Program-made: the position numbers and the translations under genes
Notes under the pieces: model-generated
The model's input: only the letters and a program-made list of their open reading frames with translations
The model's database searches: none
Told to the model about the DNA's origin: nothing
Origin: Verrucomicrobiota bacterium
Lineage (GTDB): Bacteria; Verrucomicrobiota; Verrucomicrobiia; Opitutales; JABDGR01
Direction of reading: 5' to 3'
DNA: 64,000 nt
Assembly (NCBI GenBank): GCA_048497935.1
Contig: JBEHYY010000017.1
Coordinates: forward strand, 3,014-67,013
Shown here: one piece after another, positions 59,883 through 64,000 of the stretch
How positions within the stretch are numbered: position 1 is the first letter of the stretch
How the letters are laid out: every line of letters begins with the position of its first letter

Positions 59883-61670
59883 ATGCACGATGCGCCCCTC
59901 ATCACCACCCTGGCCGTCAGCTTTTCCGCGGCCTTGTTTTTCGGCATCATCGCGCGGCGCCTGCATGTCTCGCCCATTGCCGGGTTTCTGCTGGCGGGCA
60001 TTTTGACCAGCCCCAACACACCGGGTTTTGCCGGGGATGCGGCGCTGGCGGGACAATTGTCGGAGATTGGCGTCATCCTGCTGATGTTTGGTGTGGGGCT
60101 GGAGTTCCACCTTAAGGACCTGCTGGCCGTGCGGCAGATCGCGCTGCCGGGAGCCTTGCTGCAAAGCGCGGCGGCCACCGGCATTGCGATGGTGGTGGCC
60201 CATTTAACGGGGTTGTCCTGGCAGTCCGGGCTGGTGCTGGGCATTGCGGTGTCCGTGGCCAGCACGGTGGTGCTGATGCGAGTGTTGATGGATAATGAGT
60301 GCCTGGACACGCCCTCGGGGCATATCGCCGTGGGCTGGCTGATTGTGGAAGATTTGATCACCGTGATGGTCCTCGTCCTCCTGCCGGCCCTGGCGGGTGA
60401 CAGACAAGGCGGCGGGACGAGCGTGCTGATGGCAACGGGCATCGCGGTGGCCAAACTGGCGGTGCTCGGTGTGATTGTGGCGCTGGCCGGGCCCAAAGTG
60501 GTGCCTTGGCTCCTGCTGCGGGTGGCCCGGCTGCGCTCACGGGAGCTGTTCACCCTGTCGGTGCTGGTGATGTCCATCTCCGTGGCTGCGGCGGCGTATT
60601 ACGCGTTTGGGGCCTCGCTGGCCCTCGGGGCATTTTTGGCTGGAATGCTGGTCAGCCAGTCGGATTTCAGCCACCAGGCCGCGTCGGAGATTCTGCCGCT
60701 GCGCGATGCCTTTGCGGTGCTCTTTTTTGTTTCCGTGGGAATGCTGTTTGATTTCCACGTGGTGCTGGATTCGCCCGGCCTGCTGCTTGGAATGCTGTTC
60801 GTGGTGCTGGTGGTCAAGGCGCTGGTCGGGTTTGCCATTGTCATCGGGTTGCGGCATTCGCTGCGCAGCGCCCTGATGGTGGCCGGCGGGCTCGCGCAGA
60901 TTGGCGAATTTTCATTCATCCTCTCGCAGCTGGCGAAGACGCTGGGCCTGATGCCCGGCGACGGCGAAGCCGTGCTGGTGGCGGTGGCGGTGGTGTCCAT
61001 CAGCCTGAACCCGGTATTGTTTAAATTGATTTTGCGCGCGGAACCCTGGCTGGCGCGGCATCCACGACTGGGCCCGTGGCTGGCGCGGCGCAGCGAGGCG
61101 CGGGGTGCCAAATTCGCCACCGCGCCGGCGCGCGAGGCGGATGCACCGGCGCTGCCGCGCGCGATCATCGTGGGCTATGGCCCCGTGGGGCAGACAGTCG
61201 CGCGCCTGCTACAGGAATTCAATGTCGAGCCCTTCATCGTGGACATGGGCATCGACAGCGTCGGCGAGCTGCGCAACCAGCACCGCTATGCCATCTTTGG
61301 CGATGCGACGCGACCCGACATCCTGGAGCAAGCCGGCATCCGCGAGGCACGCTACCTCATCCTCACCATGCCGGATGGGCAGGCGCGCATGGGCATCATC
61401 GCCACGGCCCGTGAGATCAACCCGAACATCCACATTGTAACCCGCGCCCGTTATCTGCGGGAAAATCCCACCCTGCGCAATGCCGGAGCGTCCAACATCT
61501 GCTTTGACGAAGTTGAAACCGCCGCCGGCCTGACAGAGGAAGTGTTAAAGCACCTCGGAGTCGATGAGCGCCGCGTCGCCGAAACCATCCTGGAAACACG
61601 CCGCGAATGGCATCTGATCGCGGATTTGCACAGCGAATATAAAAACCCAGCGGCCTCCGCGGAAGATTAA
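59883..61670 (+). CDS. CPA2-family cation:proton antiporter with C-terminal RCK/TrkA-N domain (KefB/YbaL-like)
   Basis: About 12 TM Na+/H+-exchanger-type core, then the Rossmann-like IIVGYGPVGQTVARLL of TrkA-N. ATG at 59883. Confidence 0.85.
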   Translation: MHDAPLITTLAVSFSAALFFGIIARRLHVSPIAGFLLAGILTSPNTPGFAGDAALAGQLSEIGVILLMFGVGLEFHLKDLLAVRQIALPGALLQSAAATGIAMVVAHLTGLSWQSGLVLGIAVSVASTVVLMRVLMDNECLDTPSGHIAVGWLIVEDLITVMVLVLLPALAGDRQGGGTSVLMATGIAVAKLAVLGVIVALAGPKVVPWLLLRVARLRSRELFTLSVLVMSISVAAAAYYAFGASLALGAFLAGMLVSQSDFSHQAASEILPLRDAFAVLFFVSVGMLFDFHVVLDSPGLLLGMLFVVLVVKALVGFAIVIGLRHSLRSALMVAGGLAQIGEFSFILSQLAKTLGLMPGDGEAVLVAVAVVSISLNPVLFKLILRAEPWLARHPRLGPWLARRSEARGAKFATAPAREADAPALPRAIIVGYGPVGQTVARLLQEFNVEPFIVDMGIDSVGELRNQHRYAIFGDATRPDILEQAGIREARYLILTMPDGQARMGIIATAREINPNIHIVTRARYLRENPTLRNAGASNICFDEVETAAGLTEEVLKHLGVDERRVAETILETRREWHLIADLHSEYKNPAASAED

Positions 61671-61680
61671 GGCGGGCGGT

Positions 61681-61706
61681 GCGCAGATTGGCTGCGCTTT
61701 ATTTGT
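61681..61706 (+). terminator. Candidate intrinsic terminator after the antiporter gene
   Basis: GCGCAG (61681-61686) / CTGCGC (61692-61697) with a 5-nt loop, followed by TTTATTTGT. Confidence 0.45.
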
Positions 61707-61770
61707 CCAGTTGCCAACAGTGCGATTCCGGGCCACACTGCCGCCGCTGGTTGGCGCCAGCGGCTCATTC

Positions 61771-62931
61771 ATGCAGACACCCGCAAAATTCAATTGGAAA
61801 TCGGAAACCGCCCTGCTGGGCGTGGTCGGCACGGCGCTCGTGTTTCTTGTTTTTGGCGGGCAGTGGCTGACACCCGAGGCCAACGTCGCCGTGCTGGGCG
61901 GGTGTTTCCTCTGGCTGTTTGCGATGATCCTGTGGGGCGCGGTAGCGGTCGTGCACCATGCGGAAGCCCTCGCCACCCGGCTGGGCGAGCCGATAGGCAC
62001 GCTGGTGCTGACCCTCGCGGCCATCAGCATCGAAGTCGTCACCGTCACCTCGGTGATGCTGGCCGGGGGCGAGAATTCCACCCTGGCGCGGGACACGATG
62101 TATGCGGTGCTGATGATTGTGCTCAATGGGCTGGCGGGCTTTGCCCTGCTGCTGGGCGGGCTGCGCCACCATGAACAGGAAGTCAACGTCTCTGGCGCGC
62201 GGGCGTATCTGGCGGTGCTGATGACGCTGGCGGTGCTGGGCCTCATCCTGCCCAACTTCACGATGTCCGGCGGCAGCGCGACATTCTCGAGCCCGCACGC
62301 GGCGTTGATGGCGGTATCGGCGCTGTCGCTTTACGGCATTTTTCTGTGGATCCAGACCACCCGCCACCGCGATTACTTCACCCGGGAAACCCGGCCTGAC
62401 GGCACGCGCACGCCCTTTGCGATCCGCAAATCCGAAGAAGAACCCGCCCACGGCCACGCTCCGGCACCCTACTCCACCGCGGTGCACGCCGCCTTGCTGT
62501 TGGGTTGCCTGCTGCCGGTGTTCGTCCTTTGCAAAAAGCTGGCCGCCATCCTCCATATCGGTCTGGAAAAAAGCAATGCGCCCCATGAACTGGGAGGCTT
62601 TCTCGTGGCGTTGCTCGTGCTGACCCCGGAAGGCCTCGGCGCACTGCGCTCCGCATGGGGCAACGCCATGCAACGCTCGGTAAATATTTTGCTAGGCACG
62701 GCGCTCTCGACGATCGGGCTGACGATTCCGGCCGTGCTCTGTGTCAGCCTGGCCTTGGGCAAACCCATCATGCTCGGTTTGTCGCCACGAGACACGGTGA
62801 TGCTCGTGCTCACGCTGCTGGTCAGCAGCCTGACCTTCAGCAGCCGACGCACCAATATGCTGTTTGGCGCCGTGCACCTGGTGATTTTCCTGACCTATGT
62901 CGCCCTGATTTTCGATCTCGTGGAGGGCTAA
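61771..62931 (+). CDS. Ca2+/cation:proton antiporter (CaCA family, ChaA-like)
   Basis: Two homologous 5-TM halves separated by a charged loop. Alpha-repeat-like segments (GEPIGTLVLTLAAISIEV, GGFLVALLVLTPEG). ATG at 61771. Confidence 0.7.
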   Translation: MQTPAKFNWKSETALLGVVGTALVFLVFGGQWLTPEANVAVLGGCFLWLFAMILWGAVAVVHHAEALATRLGEPIGTLVLTLAAISIEVVTVTSVMLAGGENSTLARDTMYAVLMIVLNGLAGFALLLGGLRHHEQEVNVSGARAYLAVLMTLAVLGLILPNFTMSGGSATFSSPHAALMAVSALSLYGIFLWIQTTRHRDYFTRETRPDGTRTPFAIRKSEEEPAHGHAPAPYSTAVHAALLLGCLLPVFVLCKKLAAILHIGLEKSNAPHELGGFLVALLVLTPEGLGALRSAWGNAMQRSVNILLGTALSTIGLTIPAVLCVSLALGKPIMLGLSPRDTVMLVLTLLVSSLTFSSRRTNMLFGAVHLVIFLTYVALIFDLVEG

Positions 62932-62951
62932 AGGCTCACTTATCCCGAGCT

Positions 62952-64000
62952 CTAGTGCCTGTCCCACGGAAGCTTCACTTGCACGTGCGGATATCTCCAC
63001 ACCGAGACCGGGTCGAAGATCTGGCCGGGGTTGAGAATGCCGCGAGGGTCGAGCGCCTTTTTCACGGCCAGCATGGCCTTGATTTCGGCCGGAGAGTGCT
63101 GCCAGCGCAAAAATTGCGATTTCGCCAAGCCGATGCCGTGCTCACCCGTGATGGCTCCGCCGAGGGCGATGACTTTCTTCATCAGCGCGGCGACGCCTTT
63201 TTCCGCACGACGGCATTCGCGCTGGTCGGCGCGGCGATACATGAGATGCACGTGAAAATTGCCGTCCATCGCATGGCCATAAGTCGGCGTGGCGAGGCCG
63301 GTGGCGCGGCTGAGCTCGCGAGCATAGCGAAGCAGCGGCACATAGGCGCGGGGCGGCACCACCACATCCTCATTGAGCTTGGCGTCGCCCATCTGGAACA
63401 TCGCCTGCGAGCACGTCCGCCGCACCTGCCAGAGTTTTTCCGCCTCGACGGGGTCCGCCGTGTCGCGCAAAGCGCGGGCGCCGGTGGCGCGGAGAAGCTT
63501 TAGCAAGGCCGCGCGTTGAGCAGCCACTTCGGCGGGGGAACCATCCACTTCGAGCAAAAGCAAGGCGGCGCCGGGAGCCTGCGGGAAGACGGGCTGGCCC
63601 CATTTGCGCTCGGTGCATTGCACCGTTGGTCGGTCGAGGAATTCGCAAATCGAGGGCGTAAGCCGCGCCCGCATGATGGCAAGCACGGCATTGAGCGCGG
63701 AGGCCTCACTGGGGAAAGCCGCCAGCAAGGTGTGGCGGGCGGCTGGCCGGGGCACGAGCCGCAGGGTGGCACAGGTGATGATGCCCAACGTGCCCGCGCC
63801 TCCCACCCATAAGTCGCGGAGGTTGTAGCCCGAGGCAAACTTGCGCAAGGGCGCACCCCAGCGCACCGGTTCTCCCGTGGGCAAAAAGCCTTCGAGCGCC
63901 ATCACATAGTCCCGCGTGACGCCGTATTTTGCGCCACGCAAGCCACCGGCATTGAGGGAAAGATTGCCGCCGATGGTGCAGAAATGCAGTGATGACGGGT
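62952..64000 (-). CDS. FAD-linked oxidase (GlcD / D-lactate dehydrogenase-like), N-terminus outside the window
   Basis: C-terminal FAD-oxidase block ITGEHGIGLAKSQF. The frame remains open to the window edge through ..FCTIGGNLSLNAGGLRGAKYG, an FAD-binding PCMH motif. The M at 63941 in the track is therefore an internal TTG (Leu). Confidence 0.85.
   Translation of the reverse strand, partial: PSSLHFCTIGGNLSLNAGGLRGAKYGVTRDYVMALEGFLPTGEPVRWGAPLRKFASGYNLRDLWVGGAGTLGIITCATLRLVPRPAARHTLLAAFPSEASALNAVLAIMRARLTPSICEFLDRPTVQCTERKWGQPVFPQAPGAALLLLEVDGSPAEVAAQRAALLKLLRATGARALRDTADPVEAEKLWQVRRTCSQAMFQMGDAKLNEDVVVPPRAYVPLLRYARELSRATGLATPTYGHAMDGNFHVHLMYRRADQRECRRAEKGVAALMKKVIALGGAITGEHGIGLAKSQFLRWQHSPAEIKAMLAVKKALDPRGILNPGQIFDPVSVWRYPHVQVKLPWDRH

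Noticed and set aside
61743-61764. 8-bp GC-rich hairpin GCCGCTGG-TTGGCG-CCAGCGGC 6 nt upstream of the ChaA-like start codon
   Set aside because: It is short and unremarkable for GC-rich DNA, with no second element or recognisable riboswitch features. It is noted only as a possible translation-masking stem.

Overview
High-GC (roughly 60-65 % by eye) bacterial chromosomal segment. It is densely coded, with about 55 protein genes and one tRNA-Ala(GGC). I saw no rRNA, CRISPR array, transposase, integrase or recognisable defence genes. Most genes are housekeeping: PurM-like (partial), def, rsmG, metH, nrdB/nrdA, fabV, acs, queA, ispD, gltX and galE. The rest are envelope, lipid and signalling functions. 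Three features fit a PVC-superphylum (Verrucomicrobiota-like) origin, which is inference only: prepilin N-termini of the form GFTLVEIMIVVVIIGLLAAMAIPAF, the HpnC/D/E squalene route, and generally weak Shine-Dalgarno signals. No clearly new system stands out, and the window looks mostly ordinary. The items most worth a second look are listed here. (1) Two near-identical tandem pilin-like genes lie directly upstream of an operon with two GT-C glycosyltransferases and a methyltransferase-GT2 fusion, a candidate pilin glycosylation module. (2) A lipoprotein S26-like peptidase, a LolA-like protein and an MMPL/RND exporter with a C-terminal cyclic-nucleotide-binding domain sit together. (3) There is a loose isoprenoid-lipid neighbourhood: ispD, a DevBCA-type exporter divergent from hpnC, and an HpnD-HpnE fusion ORF. 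(4) The nrdB-DUF1232-nrdA operon has NrdR-like tandem boxes and a 37-codon ORF missing from the ORF track, with a strong SD just after nrdA. (5) An orphan 624-aa protein has RGG-like and Pro/Ala-rich tails. All functional calls rest on motif recognition in the supplied translations. No database search was run. Many long ORFs in the six-frame track are antisense shadows of real genes in GC-rich DNA and were rejected.
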